Shown one piece after another: positions 11,384 through 25,626 of a stretch of 54,255 nt of DNA. The stretch lies in NCBI GenBank assembly GCA_013265495.1, contig MU058418.1:2568917-2623171 (forward strand), read 5' to 3'. The notes under the pieces were generated by a model that did no database searches, was not told where the DNA came from, and worked only from the letters and a program-made list of their open reading frames with translations. A program made the position numbers and the translations under genes. How positions within the stretch are numbered: the first letter of the stretch is position 1; each line of letters opens with the position of its first letter. Source of the DNA: Vicugna vicugna. Taxonomy: Eukaryota.

Positions 11384-13149
11384 CTGCCAGTGATTTGTGT
11401 TTGCTGCTAATTGAGTCTCTTTAACACTGTTCATTGTGGTTACTTTAACTTTTTCTTTTTCCCTTTCTCATTTATTCTGTTGGTACCTTGTAATTAAGTG
11501 ACTTAATCTTGCTAATACTTTTCAGAGGTGTTATAAGGATTATGTGAGGTAATGTGTCTACCCTGGTCCTAGCACTCATCTAGCAAATTCTGTTATTTAT
11601 TATATGGGTTATTGTCTGTCTCCCCCACTGTAAACTCTACAAGAGCAGAGAGCTTTGTCTATTTTCATGGGCTTAGAACAGTGCCTGGCACATATTTATT
11701 GAATGAATAAATGAATCTGAATATTGTCCTTGCTCTATGAAGATGCCTGTGTTCCTAAATACACAAAGAAAATTAAAAGATCATCCATGACTCCCAACAT
11801 CTCACACCAACTCCAGAAACCTATCACCTGTCACCCATTCTTGTCTTCGTCATCTCTGTTTCATCTCAGAGAGGGTTGTTTCTCTTTTCAGAGGCTAATC
11901 GGGTATGTCCTAAATTATCTCCCCTCCCACCTCCTCTAAAATGACCATATCTTTTTGATTATCCCCTGATTCTTATCATATGTTCCTCTCTCCTTGCTCC
12001 TTTCTGTAGTTTATGATTGACTAAATCTTTGGCTTAACCTTTTCTTGAAGAAGGAAAAAAACAGACTTAATTTTACCCTGAAAATCCTTCAGTCTGGCAC
12101 CCCATCTCTACTTCTGTACTGCCAAATGTCTTAAAAGAGCAAAAATATTGCTGCCTTTTTTTTTTTTCCTGAATTCTTGGTTATACCTCTGCCCCTTGCA
12201 AGTGGCTTTCCATACTTCACCCCACTACCACAATTGCTCTGGCAAGATTTTTTGTGACGTAATTGCCAGATTCATGATCTTTGTTCGACCTTCATCCTCT
12301 TTAATTTCTCCATGGATTTGACATTTCTTTCTTCAGTTTAATTTAACAAATATTTATTGAACATGTACTTCATGCCCTGCATTCTGTAAGGCAATAAGGA
12401 TATAAAATACAAGTAAAAATTATGTGCAACAAATAATATATCACAAGAGATATTATGAGTTATGTATAACATCTCTTAGGACTGTGGATGAAAAAGCATT
12501 TTTCCTAAGCCAAGAAGAGGATCAGGGAAAAGAAGATGATGACTTATTATCAGATAATAAAGGGAAATGCATAAAGAGCAAAGTAACATTACCAACAGTA
12601 CAGAAAGCATGAAAGTGCTTGACTTTTTATAAAAAAAATCAGCAATTAGTCTAATATGGCAAAAATCAAGCTACAGTAAACCAGATAATGATGTCTTATA
12701 ATAAGCTAGGCAAGATATGATGAAGTCTGAACTAGGATGATAGAGAAGGGAAGGTGGGAGTAGGATTGCTTGAGAAATATTTCAGAGGTAGAATCAGTAA
12801 AACTCAGTGCCCAGTTTGTTACTGTGTGACAGTGGAGTCATGGGGAAGGGTATCTTCTGATTGGGACATAGCAAAGTGTTTGATGCTGTGGAATACACAT
12901 ATAATGCAGTTCAGCAGGCCATTAGGTATGTGGATACAGAGGCCAGGGATGTTGTCAAAGGCTGCAGAAAAAATTTGGGGTAGAAATTGAAGTCATGAGA
13001 AGGATAAGATAAAGATACGGCCAATTTTGAAACAAGAGAGGAAGGAAGTTAAAGAGAGTCATACTTGAAGGACTATTTTTGAGAAGTAGAGAAACTAAGT
13101 TGCCTGCTTTAGTGAGGGGTGTTTTAATGGTGACAAAATTTTGGAACAA

Positions 13150-13385
13150 TAACTGTGTGCCTATAGTATTATTTTTCTTGTCCATTTTTCAGTATTTGGT
13201 AATTAGCTGGCCTAACTCTACCAGATCTTCATTTGTTAGTGGCATTGCTTTTTCTCCAGCATCACTGTCAATTTCATGATATCCCACCTGTTTTGCAAAA
13301 TTTGTGATATTACTTTGCGTTGTCTTTGTCCTATGTTGACAGATGTATCCTGCATCAATAGGAGGCCAACATAATAAAGATGGTG
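13150..13385 (-). mobile_element. Tigger (TcMar/pogo) transposase C-terminal remnant
   Basis: Minus-strand peptide NITNFAKQVGYHEID...PLTNEDLVELGQL resembles Tigger/TIGD C-termini. Confidence 0.6.
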
Positions 13386-13429
13386 ATATGATGGGGATAG
13401 TTCTAGGAGTTACGGACACATTTGTGCAT

Positions 13430-14610
13430 ACAAAATCGAACTTCTGTAGCTTATACTTTAATAGAGAGAGGTAGACAATAAATAAATAAATAAATAAATA
13501 GAGAGAAGTAGACAGATATAATGGAGAAGAATAAAGCAGGGTAAGGGGAAAGTAGAAAAATTGAGCAGAGACCTGAAGGGAGAGAGCAGTCATGTGGATA
13601 TCCTGAGAAAGGACATCCCACGAGGAAGGAACAGTAAGTGCAGAGACCCTAAAGCAGGATTGCCTTTTGGTGAATTCCAGGAATAACAAGTGAGCCTGTG
13701 AGGCTGGAGTAAAGTGAGCACAGGCACAGGGCTAGTTGAAGACAGAAGTTGTTAGAGGTAGGGGACAGATTATGGAGGGTAAATTCTCAACCAGTTAGAT
13801 TCAAACTTCTTCATTTTATAATAGCAATTTTGTAATTCCATCTTTACTGAAATATAATTCATATATGATATATAACTTCCTTAAAAATTTCAAAATATAA
13901 CTTGAATACCCTAATTAAATTAGAGAAAATTTATTTATAACATGTTTGATATGTAAATTAAACATGTACCGATAACATGTTTTTATTAGTAAATGCCCAG
14001 GTGGGACAATACAGGAAGACAAAAACATCCTATAAAACTACCCTTGGGAACTATACTTTCTGAGAACAACTTGGTAATGAGCTGTGGTGTGGGCCTTTGT
14101 TAGGCATTTACCCTGAATGGAGAAGCTACTGGAGGATTTAGAGTGAAGGAGTAACATAATCTGACTAATATTTTAAAAGAATCATATTGGTCTCTGTGTG
14201 GAGTGAGGCTGTGGGTAGACAAGGGCAGAAGCCAGGAGACCACGTAAGAGGCTATTGCAATAATCCAGGTGTGAGATAAGTTGGCCTGAGGTGATAACGA
14301 AAGAGGACTTGAGAAGTGGTTGAACTCTGGGTGTACATAGAAGGTAGAGGATTTGCTGATGGATTGGATATACAATGTGAAACAAAGAGGAGTGAAGGAA
14401 AACTTTGGCAATTTTCACCTGAACAAGTGTAAGGGTGGGATTGTGGTTAATTTAAAGAAAGCTAGAAGGAGTCTTTGGGGAAGGGGAGATCAGGGGTTCC
14501 TTTTTTGGATATATTAAGTTTAAGATATCTGTTAGACATCTTGGGAGAAAAGATGTCGAGTTCAAACTCACATATATAAATCCCTAGAGTTGGGGGAGAG
14601 GTCCAGACTA
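13430..14610 (-). mobile_element. L2 fragments (with an internal AT-rich insertion at ~13790-14090)
   Basis: gaggctattgcaataatccaggtgtgagat, aaggtagaggatttgctgatggattggat, and aagtttaagatatctgttagacatc. Confidence 0.7.
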
Positions 14611-15202
14611 GAAAATTGTTACATATATTTGTTTAAGTGGTGGAGTTATACAAAAGATAGACTACCAGTGATTCACTAGTGGAGATGAGAGTTTTATGTT
14701 CATTAAATTGGGGGATGAATTTAATAAGGTTATAATATTGACTGACATAGATTATAAGACTTTAGAAGATTTGGGCCCTGCCACTTAGTTTTGTTTTCTC
14801 TGCAGCCCCTAACCATATCCATCTGGCTACATATCTAATAAGGTTTACTAAATAAAGAAGGAGTGTTAGGACCCAGAAGATCAGGTCTTTTGAGTTAATA
14901 AAAAAGAGTTGGACTCTCTCTTACTTTAAGGTTTTGAGTAGTGTTAACTTACGTAGAAATTTTAATTTGTTCAGATGGGATAAAGTCAGTATTTTGGAAG
15001 GAAAAAAATTTTGTTATGCATTCTAACCTCTATACTATAAATATTACTTTTATTAGTTTTTGATTATTAAAATTATTAATCATACAGCACTAGTGTAATC
15101 TTCATAAAATTGGTGTTAAAATGGCTGGTGTGACCTTAATGTAGTTTCTACAATATAATAATTACTTGCATTATCTTGAATGTTCATTTGATTTTCTTGT
15201 AG

Positions 15203-15289
15203 GAAGATTTGGAAACTGGAGTTCACCTTGACCCTGCTGTCAAAGAGGTTCAGTATAATCCTACCTACGAGACCATGTTTGCTCCTGAG
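15203..15289 (+). CDS. CDC40: CDC40 exon 2 (EDLETGVHLDPAVKEVQYNPTYETMFAPE)
   Basis: ttcttgtag|GAAGAT...CCTGAG|gtaaga; 87 nt, phase 0-0. Confidence 0.97.
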
Positions 15290-17194
15290 GTAAGAAAACA
15301 TGTTATATTTGTGAGTGTCCTTTGCTAAAGTATATAAATTATACAGAGATAGATAAACAGTTGGTGAACTTTCCAAAGTTTTCTCACAGAGGTATACTAT
15401 TTAAACATTTAGAAAATGTATCTGGTTATGTTAATTATATCTCGATTTTAAAAAAGAAAAATATATCCTTCTGTTCTTCAAAAGTTTAAATAGTATGCTT
15501 TTGTGAGAATACTTTTAAAACTCCACTACTGTTTATCCCCCAACATTACAACTGTCTGATGGCATGAAACTATATCTTTTAAAAAATGGAACATTAAAAT
15601 GTCTTACTCTTAGATGCAAACTTAGTTAACATCTTGATAAAGGTGTTGATAAAGGAGTATTACACAATCATAAGGGGAAAAATTTTGGTTTATTATGAAA
15701 CATCTAGTTACAAATGCTGCTGTGTTAAATGCTAAAAAAGGTGCCATAGTGACGTGGTTGCGGCTCAAAAATAATCACACTGTTTATTGCTTGCTCTGAG
15801 TCAGACACCTTCTGGATTCTTGCTTTTCATTATTATAGATGGTGATGGAAGCATTTAAAAAGATGAGGAAGAAAAAAACCAGAAACAGTGGAAATTGTCT
15901 ATTTAGGAAAGTCTTTGTAGAAGATTAGATTTCCAGATATTTTGCCTTTAAAAAGAGAAAAAGAATGCCCAATTGACAAAATACAGATGTCAGAAAAAGT
16001 CATTATTAAAAAAAATAATAATAAGGTCTCTAAAGTAACAGAATGTTTAAGAGCCCTTTAAAGATGGAGATGAGGAGCTATCTCTTACTGCATCCTAGTG
16101 GAGAAACAAGTACTTTTTCATACTTTTTATTTTTTAGCTTATACTCATTGTCCTTTTTGTTGATATATGAGTCACAGAGCTATTTTGTATAATTTTCCGT
16201 CTTAGGTAATGGAAATGTGTGGCACAGTGAAGGATGTCAGTGCTAGTGTTTATTAGATAGTACTCTGGCTGTCCTATGAGTGTACAGTAAGCAAAAATCT
16301 CATTCTCATGCTCTGAGACTGTGGCACATTTTTAAATTTTATACCATTATTTCTTAAGTCCTTATAGCCTGTCAAACTAGAGGCTGTTTTATTACCCTTG
16401 GCACATTTTAGCTGGCATGTTAAAGAGGGCTAGTACATTATGTATATGCTGCATGATTTTTTTAAATGTAAAGCCACTGAATTTAGAAAATGAGAAAATT
16501 TGGAAGTAGCATGGTATATGACATTCCTATGTCAGTGTATTTTCTCTGAAGTCTATTTTTCTTAAATTTTTAGATCTTGTGTATAGCTAATATATTGCTA
16601 TGTAATTAGTTTTTGAAACTTTCAAGAAAAATTCAAAAGGTCAAAAGATACTGTGGTGCTCTTGATAAGACAGTAGGTTTATCATTCTCTTTGGGGGATT
16701 ATCAATTCTTTAATTTTCTGGGGGTTTCTTCCCCCTTATTAGGGAGCCTCACTTAAATATATAAACTAGTTTATGTCAGGAACCCTTCAGTGTTTACTGT
16801 CAACAATTTAAGAAAAGAATGGTAAGACTGAAAAGAGAAGAAAATGATAATTTTTCCTGGTTGTCAAATGAATTGTCTGTGATGTAACCAAATTATTAAC
16901 TTTGAACTTTATAACTCGGGTCTGTATAACTTGGCAAAGTCTAGAAAGATGTTACTAGGAACTTTGCTAGGTGAAATTCAGGTTCCCATATTTGGAATTC
17001 CATCATTAGAAACAGGATCTAATCCCTCCCCTAAAGCTAGTAGTTTACCAGAAGGGATGTGCTAAGTGTTTGGGTTTTTTTTTTAAAGACGGAGTCCAGA
17101 ATTTGTCCTCTAAAGCACAAGTCAAGTTTAAGAAGAGATTGTATCTGATAAAAAAATTCTATGAAATAGTAGTATTTTAAATGAGCAATACAGT

Positions 17195-17425
17195 CCAGGT
17201 TAAGAACATGAGATGTAGGATTAACCAGACCACTTACTAGCTCTTGTGTGACCTTGGATTATCTTAGTTTTTTAGTTTTTTCATAGGTGAAATGAAGATA
17301 ATTTCTACTTTACCAGGTTATAGGAGATAATATAAGGTTATAAGGTTATAACTGAGATAATATGTGAAGTGATTAGGAAACACTCTAGCACAGAGTAAGC
17401 ATTTAATAAGTGATAGCCTTTATTG
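17195..17425 (+). mobile_element. MIR SINE
   Basis: cacttactagctcttgtgtgaccttgga...ctagcacagagtaagcatttaataagtgatagc. Confidence 0.65.
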
Positions 17426-20400
17426 TTATTTATGTTAATATTATTGGCATTGATGGCTACGTAGGCTTTTATGAGGAAAGATTCCAGGCAGAAGGGAGCA
17501 GCATGAGCCAAATCATGAAGGATGTAAAGAACGGAATGTTTTAGTCATTATCAGTAGTGGAGAAGGGTTGTTAAGGGGCCAGGGTGTAAAGACTTTTGTC
17601 TTGATTTAATAGATGATAAATAGATTTCTAAGGTCCTTTCTGGGAGAGTGGCATAATCAAAGCTGAATTTTTAGGAAGATTAATTTAATTTGGTAAGGCT
17701 TTGCATGATGGAAAAGGACAGGGATAGAGACTGAGATAAAACTACCATTTATTTACACTATGCCTGGTACCACACTGAGGGATTTTGTATACCATGTCTC
17801 CTTTAGCTCTCACTACAACCCTATGAAGTAAGTACTTTTATCCCTTTTATCGTGAGGAATTCAACTGTCAGATTAAAATGCCAGCAGGTGACATATTTGG
17901 GGATTTGTGTCCAGATCATCCTTAACAATCACTCCATAACTAGAAGATCATCTTGGAGGACATTGTGTAGTTTGCGGGTACACCTCCCATTTAATTCAGT
18001 AAATTAAAGAATTAACTATTTTATTTTATAAACTATTGTTTCTCCCCAACCAAGGAATTTTCCTAGTTGGTCTACCTTGTATAAACTTTCTCAAATTATA
18101 GATAGAACCTAAAGACATAATAGCCATTGTTCTAGTCGTGATTTTCTTCATTTTACTCAATCCTTTTGAATCTGCTTAGAGAAAAGCGTATTTGTTAGCT
18201 TCTGTAGGCTCATTTATAGCCTATAAGCATCATAGAGAATTTCAGACTCCTTAAAATACTACTTCTAAGAATCGAAAAAATATAAAAGTTTAGAGGGGAA
18301 AAATGCCAGTTACTGTTTAAAATCTGGGTGTAAGGGTCCCTATAAATTTTAGTGTTAGAATGAACTTTAGAAATCATATAGGTCAGCTCTTTTATTTTAC
18401 AGATGAGGAAACTGAGGCCCAAGGTCATAGAACCACTAGTGAAATATGCTATAGTAATATTTAAACTGTGCTTATGTGTTACAAGATTAAGGTATTCTGC
18501 CAAAAATAAGTGAATTGTGATGCTCTTTTCCAAAATTGTAGAAGATAATTAATCAGCAGACTCTCTTCACCTTAAAATTTGTTTGTAAATATCTTATACA
18601 TTGATTACTGCAATAAATATTAATGAAAAACTTAACAGCAATCTAAGTATAATATGGTTGTTTGTTCAATAACTTGGAGTTCTTTTTTTTAGTGTGTGAA
18701 CTTATAGTTAGGATTTCATGTAGTCAATTTTTATTCATATATTAATTCCTGAGATGTTAAGATATACTGCTAAGGCATCAACCTTCAAGTACTCTACCTG
18801 CTGAAGACTTGAGAGCCACTCCCTTATAGTATGTGGGTTTCTTAGATTTATCAATCAGTCTTAAATTGAAAATACTTTTTTTTAAGTTTATAAATAAATC
18901 ACTACTTCACTCAAATGACAGATGTAAGGTTACTTACCTCAGAAACTTTTTTTTTTGGTGCAGTGATCTGAATTAATATTTACACATATATTTTATATGG
19001 GAGATTTACAGTTATATTTGACTATAATATACTTCAGTATTGTCTTAGCTAAGAACTATTACCTAATTAGAACTCATACCTAATTAACTTGAATATATAT
19101 TTTTTAAAATCACTTGAATATATATTTACACTTAAAAATTAACTACCTAAAGTTGAAAAGAAGTATTTAGAAATCAGTTTTGTGTTGTTTTTAACTATAC
19201 ATTGTTTTGTTTTTTATGGTTAACCCAGAATTAAGAGTTACATATTCACACAGACCAGGAACATCTGGTAAACATCTTTTGAGTAATTGATAAGAGCTAA
19301 GTCCTGCTGAATAGCATTCTCTGCCTTTCTCTGTTGACATTTAATGTCTTTGAGGTTAGCTCCAACACCTGCCAGTAACCAGAAAGTTAAGATGAGCCAG
19401 AAGTAGATGGATCCTACTGCCAGGCAGCTTCCTACATCAGTGGAAGATTTTTTTTTTTTGGTCTCAGTTTAAATATCTACAAAACATAAGCACATTTAAA
19501 TTTTCACACTGTGTTAGGAATAGCACCATATGTAAGATATACTTGTTAAAATATATGGATCTATATTCTTACAGAAATCAAAGTTCTTAACACTGAGAAT
19601 TTTTCTTTACAAGATGGAGCCAGTTTTATATGAATGGCCTGTAGAAAAATTTTTCTCTTTTTGTAAAATCTTAATAAAATTAGACTATGGAAATTGTACT
19701 TTGCTTTTTTAAATTGGAAATTATAAGCATAACGATTGGTAATTTATTATATGTGATAGTAGCAATATGGGCAATAGGGATTTTTATCATTTTAGAATTT
19801 TTTACCCCCAGAAATATCACATGCTGCTTTGCAAATGGTAGCTGACTATAGCAATTAGAGCATCTAGGAAACTTAAGTCGTTTTATTAGCTTTAATTTTA
19901 TGGATGTTCTTCTTTTTGTAACAAATTTCATGACTGAATGTAACTTCCAACTTTCAGAACTCTAGATTTTTTCCCCCTTATTTTTGCCCATTAGCATAGC
20001 AAGAACTATTATGGGCTGCATTGTCTTGTACTGTATTATAATTTAGTAATATAAATTATAATAATATAAAGTATAAATAGTAATAAAAGCTTTATATATA
20101 AATTTGACATTTTAAGATTGAATAATTTTAAACCTAGAAATGGAAGTTGTCAATAGAAAGGAAGATTATAATAATTTATTTTCTTCTAATCAGAAAACAT
20201 TATAAGACAGATCTAACATTTAAATTCAGATTTTTGTGCATAGTATAATGCTGAATTTTTGTACAGATCAAATTAGTTAACATTTGGAAAACCATTCTAG
20301 AAACTCAGAGCATTGTAAACCAATAACAGTGGTACTATTTTGTGTAAGCCTTTCACAGTGTGACTTTTTCAGAGTGGGGAAATTTTATTTACATTTATAA

Positions 20401-20721
20401 TGTCTTTTCCTAGGGGCTTTTTCAAGCACTTTATTTTTTTTTCTTTTTGTGCCATGATTTTTTTTTTTTAATTGAGGTATAGTTGAATTACAGTGTGTCA
20501 GCAATTTACTTTTATTTCCTATCTTTTATTTATTTTCCTATCTTCTGCCCCCAGTGAGATTCTGATTAATCTTTTCTTCATTTGTGCTTTCTATATGCCA
20601 GGTACGATAGTAAGTATTGAGGATTCTAAGTCTCCACCTTTGAGAGATACCAAAGAAAGTCATCAGAAATCCCCCATATCATGGATTAGACAAAACTATG
20701 ATGAGTCTCAGTTATCTCAAG

Positions 20722-20875
20722 CAACCCTGTCAAATAAGAACTTCCTGCAGTGATGGAAATGTAATAGCCAATAATTGTATGTGGCTATTGAGTTCTTGAA
20801 ATGTGGCTAATATGACCAAATAACTGAGTGTTTTATTTTAATTAATTTAAGTTTAAATAGCTACACATAGACTCG
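20722..20875. mobile_element. MER3-like hAT-Charlie element
   Basis: aataagaacttcctgcagtgatggaaatg...tgtggctattgagttcttgaaatgtggcta. Confidence 0.65.
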
Positions 20876-21084
20876 GGTGAGCTGGTTCCTCTGCTGGCCT
20901 AGTGGCTGACAGTGTTAATCCGCCATAGTCCAGTTGTACTGAACCATGTGAGATGAATGTGTTCTCAAATAGGTTAATCAGCCCCTGAAGATTTAGAGTT
21001 GAAAATATATTGTGCAATAATTCAACTCATTCTAGCTTTATAGGCTGAGAATTTGTGTTTTTTTTTTTTCTTGCAACATTGCAG

Positions 21085-21214
21085 TTTGGACCAGAAAATC
21101 CCTTTAGGACACAGCAAATGGCTGCCCCTAGAAATATGCTTTCTGGATATGCTGAACCAGCTCATATCAATGATTTTATGTTTGAACAGCAAAGAAGAAC
21201 TTTTGCCACATATG
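21085..21214 (+). CDS. CDC40: CDC40 exon 3 (FGPENPFRTQQMAAPRNMLSGYAEPAHINDFMFEQQRRTFATY)
   Basis: ttgcag|TTTGGA...TATG|gtaagg; 130 nt; includes the Gly94-Pro95 motif bound by PPIL1. Confidence 0.97.
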
Positions 21215-21272
21215 GTAAGGTGATAATGAGAGTTTCAAGTTAGACCTTATTAGAAGTGATGTGTGTAATGTT

Positions 21273-21292
21273 TGTGTGTGTGTGTGTGTGTG
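21273..21292. repeat. (TG)10 microsatellite
   Basis: Perfect TG run 58 nt after the end of exon 3. Confidence 0.95.
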
Positions 21293-22299
21293 AATCTATC
21301 TTATTTTCTGGCTTTCTGAATTTGTTAATCTGGATTCCTTAAAAGGGGAGTGTATTTTCTTATACGCATGTATAAATAGTTATACCAATGGGAAGGTAAA
21401 TAATATTTTTAACTGTCATTCTAAATCCGCTCTCATTTCTGAGTACTGAAAATGTTCTGTGGTCTTAAAAACAATGTTCTCTGTTGTACTTTTTAATGAA
21501 CACTTATTATTGAATGCCTGTATGTACAGATTGCTGTTGAACTTGGTAAATAACAGGAAAGTGTTGAGATTACATTTTTAACCTTAAACACTAGTTGACT
21601 TTATTTCTCATATCTTATCTCTAAAAAGTTTTCTGTTCATCACTGAGGGACATGAGGAAATAGAACAGCTACAAATTCATTGTGTAAAATAATTACATCC
21701 TATCAGTGGTGGGATTTGAGAAAGTTAACATACATTTAAGGCTGGGAATCCCCTCTAAAAGAAGATGGTCTTTATAATAATGTCCTTGTTGATGGGTCCA
21801 CACATCATACATCCTGATCATTTATATCAGAATTGTCCATATTTGATGGCACCTTTTTTTTCTTTTCCTATAATCCACATCTATAGGTTGACAGACACAT
21901 TGATCACTGTCTACTTTGAAGAGTTTTTTGGTAGAACTGGGTGAGCAAAGACTGAGAATGTTTTTAGACTGTTGTAGTTATGATCTTCTTTATGAATTAA
22001 TTACTTATGCTGTTTCTTTCCCAAAAGAATAACTGAAAAAGAAAACTTTGAATTTTCTTACAACATTTAATAATTACATTTTTAGACATCAGCAACATTG
22101 CCTCTCCTATTTTCCTTTAGTTTTCTTTGCAGTTAGAATTCTAATACCTCCTCCTTTTATTTCTTATAGAATTTTTCTTAAGTTCTAAATAAATTTTTCT
22201 GTCCTATCTGCCATTAATTTCCATTATTATAAGATAGAATCAAAAAAAGGTTAAGAAAGCAGTATCATATGAAATGTTATGTATTCAGTGATGCTTTTT

Positions 22300-22450
22300 G
22301 GTTTTTGTTTTTGTTTTGTGTTTTTTAGGGGGGTATTTAGGTTTGTTTATTGTTTGTTTATTTATTTATTTATTTGAGATACTGAGTATTGAACCTAGGA
22401 CTTAGTGCATGCTAAGCATGCACTCTACCACTGAGCTATGCCCTCCTCCC
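22300..22450 (-). mobile_element. tRNA-derived SINE (camelid Vic-1-like) with TSD
   Basis: A/B-box-like head on the minus strand and (AAAT)n tail. 16-bp TSD ttcagtgatgcttttt (22284-22299) / ttcagtgatacttttt (22451-22466) at a TT|AAAA site. Confidence 0.9.
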
Positions 22451-24042
22451 TTCAGTGATACTTTTTAATAACAGTTATTTTCAGTAAAAAACAATGTATA
22501 AACAAATTTTAAACATTTAGGGAAGAGAAGAAAAAGTTTACCGATAATCCCACTATACTAAAGTATCTATTCTTAGCATTATGAACTAAGTCTTTTTTAT
22601 TATACATGTATGTATTACAGAACTATAATTCTTCTAAGCTGAAAATTTTGCAACTTACTTTTTTAGTCAATGTTCTATCATATAAGCATGTTTACTTTAT
22701 AATCTCAAAGTTTATCATTTTTAAGAGCTGTAATATCCATTTATGGTTTATATCACAATTTATATGATTATTCTAATGGTGGAAACTTCTTTTTTCTAGT
22801 TTCTAGTGAGTAATGAGACTGGTTCACTGTGAATTAATTTAGAAGTTTAGTACAAATAGTCTTATTTATCCACAATATATACTTGGAAACTGGCTGTAAA
22901 AAAGATTGTCATATATGAGATCATATTTCACCATAGCAGAGTTATAATTAACTTAACAGTGTGCCAAAAGTCATAGCAAAGACTGTATACCTCTAAAATC
23001 ACCTTAAAGAGTTCAGTGATACTTCCAATCCAATAAAATGGTTATCAATGTATTGCACCTGTTACTTGTATAAGGTATCCCATGTAAATCTAAAGTATAT
23101 ATGTGGTACATAAAAATCAACTCTTTTGCATCATGAATTTATTGTATTCTAGCCTATAATGAAATGGACTTCTAAAGACTTTGCTTGTTTTTTTAGACTT
23201 TAAAAGGAAGTATTTTTTGCTTCTTCAATTAAGAGGGGCAAGTACTTTTACATGGTATTTCATGATTGTTCACGTGGGTTGTAGGCTATAGACTGATAAA
23301 TAATCTAGCTCTCTCCTGAATATGTTGGATTATTATTAAAACTGATTTTATCAAACATTTATCATTCTAGTACCCCCAGTTGAAGAAAAACTGATTTGAG
23401 TTAATACAGACTTTCTTCCTGCAGTTCCCATAGACCACTGAAGACCAATGTAGCTACATACTCTAGTTGTAGGAGTGTATTCACATGCTAGTGGATATCC
23501 TTCTCGTATCAAAGAAATATAAATCATGATTTATGAGGTAGAAATATACTGTTTTTAAACTGAGAGTGAAGACTGTCTTTACTGAGAATGGCATTTTCAA
23601 AATAATAGCTAGATTTTATGTAATTCTTCTATTTATTTTTTAAATTATTTAATAGTTTATATAATATGATAAACTAAGCCATGTATTATCTGTTACCAAA
23701 AAGAAGACAATTTCTAAACTTCTGAATGTATGATGTATGTATATTTTTCAGCTCTTAGAAAATTTAAGACTAAAATTTGATATTTTGGCCTAAGAGGCTA
23801 TTAGTAATATAATGTCAGTATGCTAGACTCGTCTGTTTTACTAAAGTCATTCACAATCCAGCCTGAGATCTGGGCTTATTATTCTAAATAGAAACAAAGC
23901 TCAGGAAGAAGGCTTGGTCCTAAGTTAAAGAAACATTTTCAATATCTGGGAAGGAAAATTTTAAATGAGTAAATGTGTATAGAATTAAAATGAATTGTAA
24001 GTGGTAAAAATGGAATCAATAATTTATACTTTTTCCTTTCAG

Positions 24043-24126
24043 GTTATGCATTGGACCCTTCATTAGATAATCATCAAGTATCTGCTAAGTATATTGGTTC
24101 TGTAGAAGAAGCTGAAAAAAATCAAG
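24043..24126 (+). CDS. CDC40: CDC40 exon 4 (GYALDPSLDNHQVSAKYIGSVEEAEKNQ)
   Basis: tttcag|GTTATG...CAAG|gtaatt; 84 nt, phase 1-1. Confidence 0.97.
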
Positions 24127-25626
24127 GTAATTTATTAGAAATAATTAATATCAAATATATATATACTGTATTTACTGTCATACAGATTGACTTTAGACAG
24201 TAGGAAAAAACTAGTATTTATTTATCTCTTGATTTTTTTTTTTAAGTTCAAACAATAGAATGATATAGTTTAGAGGAGTGTGTAGAACTATCAGTTTAGG
24301 GCTTGCTTTTGCCACTTACTATGTGTGCAGTCTTGTAGAGGAGATAGTTGCACCTCTATGGTGGGGAGGCTATTGAGTTCTTGGCACAGTGTCAACCCTC
24401 CAGAAATCATTCAAGAAATTAAAATAAATATATAGCTAATTTTAGCAGTTTATTTCTCAACACTAACGTCAAGCTCCATTTTAACAGCAGAAAAAAATCT
24501 CATTTTGCATGTCTGTAGAAACTGTCTTTGAAGGGCTGCTTTGAAGGCTGAATTTGAATTTGTATTTTAAAATATACGGTAGCGCTCATATTCATTTTGT
24601 ACTTAACATAAGATAAGGCATCATACTTTAAATGCTAACTTGCCACGAAGCTCATCAGCCCATTGAATCTTACCCACAAAATGCTCATTAGAAAAAGAAT
24701 GCTGTTTGTAGGCGGGTACTTAGTAGCTATAGAACCTACATGATCAAGCTGCCTTTGGTTTATGACCTAGATTCTTGTTAAAGTAGAATTATAGCAAGGT
24801 TTTGTTATAACACAGCATAAAAGAAACTGATTTGAATTAATATAGGTAAGCTTTTTTCTTTGTTAGACAGACCTTTATAATCCACATCTGAGCTAGATTC
24901 TCAGTTAACAGTTAAATTATGACTATGACTTCCATAAATCTTTATTTTTCCAATTTAATGTCTACACACAACAGACCACCTCCTACTGATCAAATGAGAA
25001 TCCCAACCAGAAGTCTCCTCTTTTATGTTTTCTTCTTACTAGTAAGATTTATGATATTAGAGTTCAAGTTTAGATTGAGATCTCTTGGAAGAAATACCAA
25101 CCTTGTGAAACCTTGTTTAATTTATATTGTTGCATTACAAGTGAAACAAAGAAAAGTTATAATTACTTAATATAATCTACTCTAATTCAGCTTTTAAATG
25201 AGAAATACCAACTTATTCTTGCTTCAGAGGTAACTTTTATCATTATTTAGCAATATTAAATTGCTGTGTTTCTTTCAAAAAATGGTGAAATCTACTGATA
25301 AAGGTTAGTGATTAATTAAAAAGATTGTATACCATTGCAGGATTACAGAGCTGGGTCTTTTTTCACAGAATATGCTAAATATTGCAGTGGAGGAAAGCTG
25401 CTTTGCCCAGAAGGTCGAATCTCTTTGTATAGCATGAGCTGATATATCTGGATTCATATAGGTTTTATTTTGTATTTTTAAATAAATCTTTGGTCATTTG
25501 AACAAACATCTTTCTTTAACTATATAAAGTAAAATTATATATATTTGTAAGATATATATATATATATTGCTATTTCTTTAGAAAATATGCATATTTGTGA
25601 TCACCATTTTTTTGTTTTTAATGTAG

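Noticed and set aside
13189..13689. 166-aa minus-strand ORF as a gene
   Set aside because: It is a chance read-through of L2, an (ATTT)n tract and a Tigger remnant, with no exon structure.
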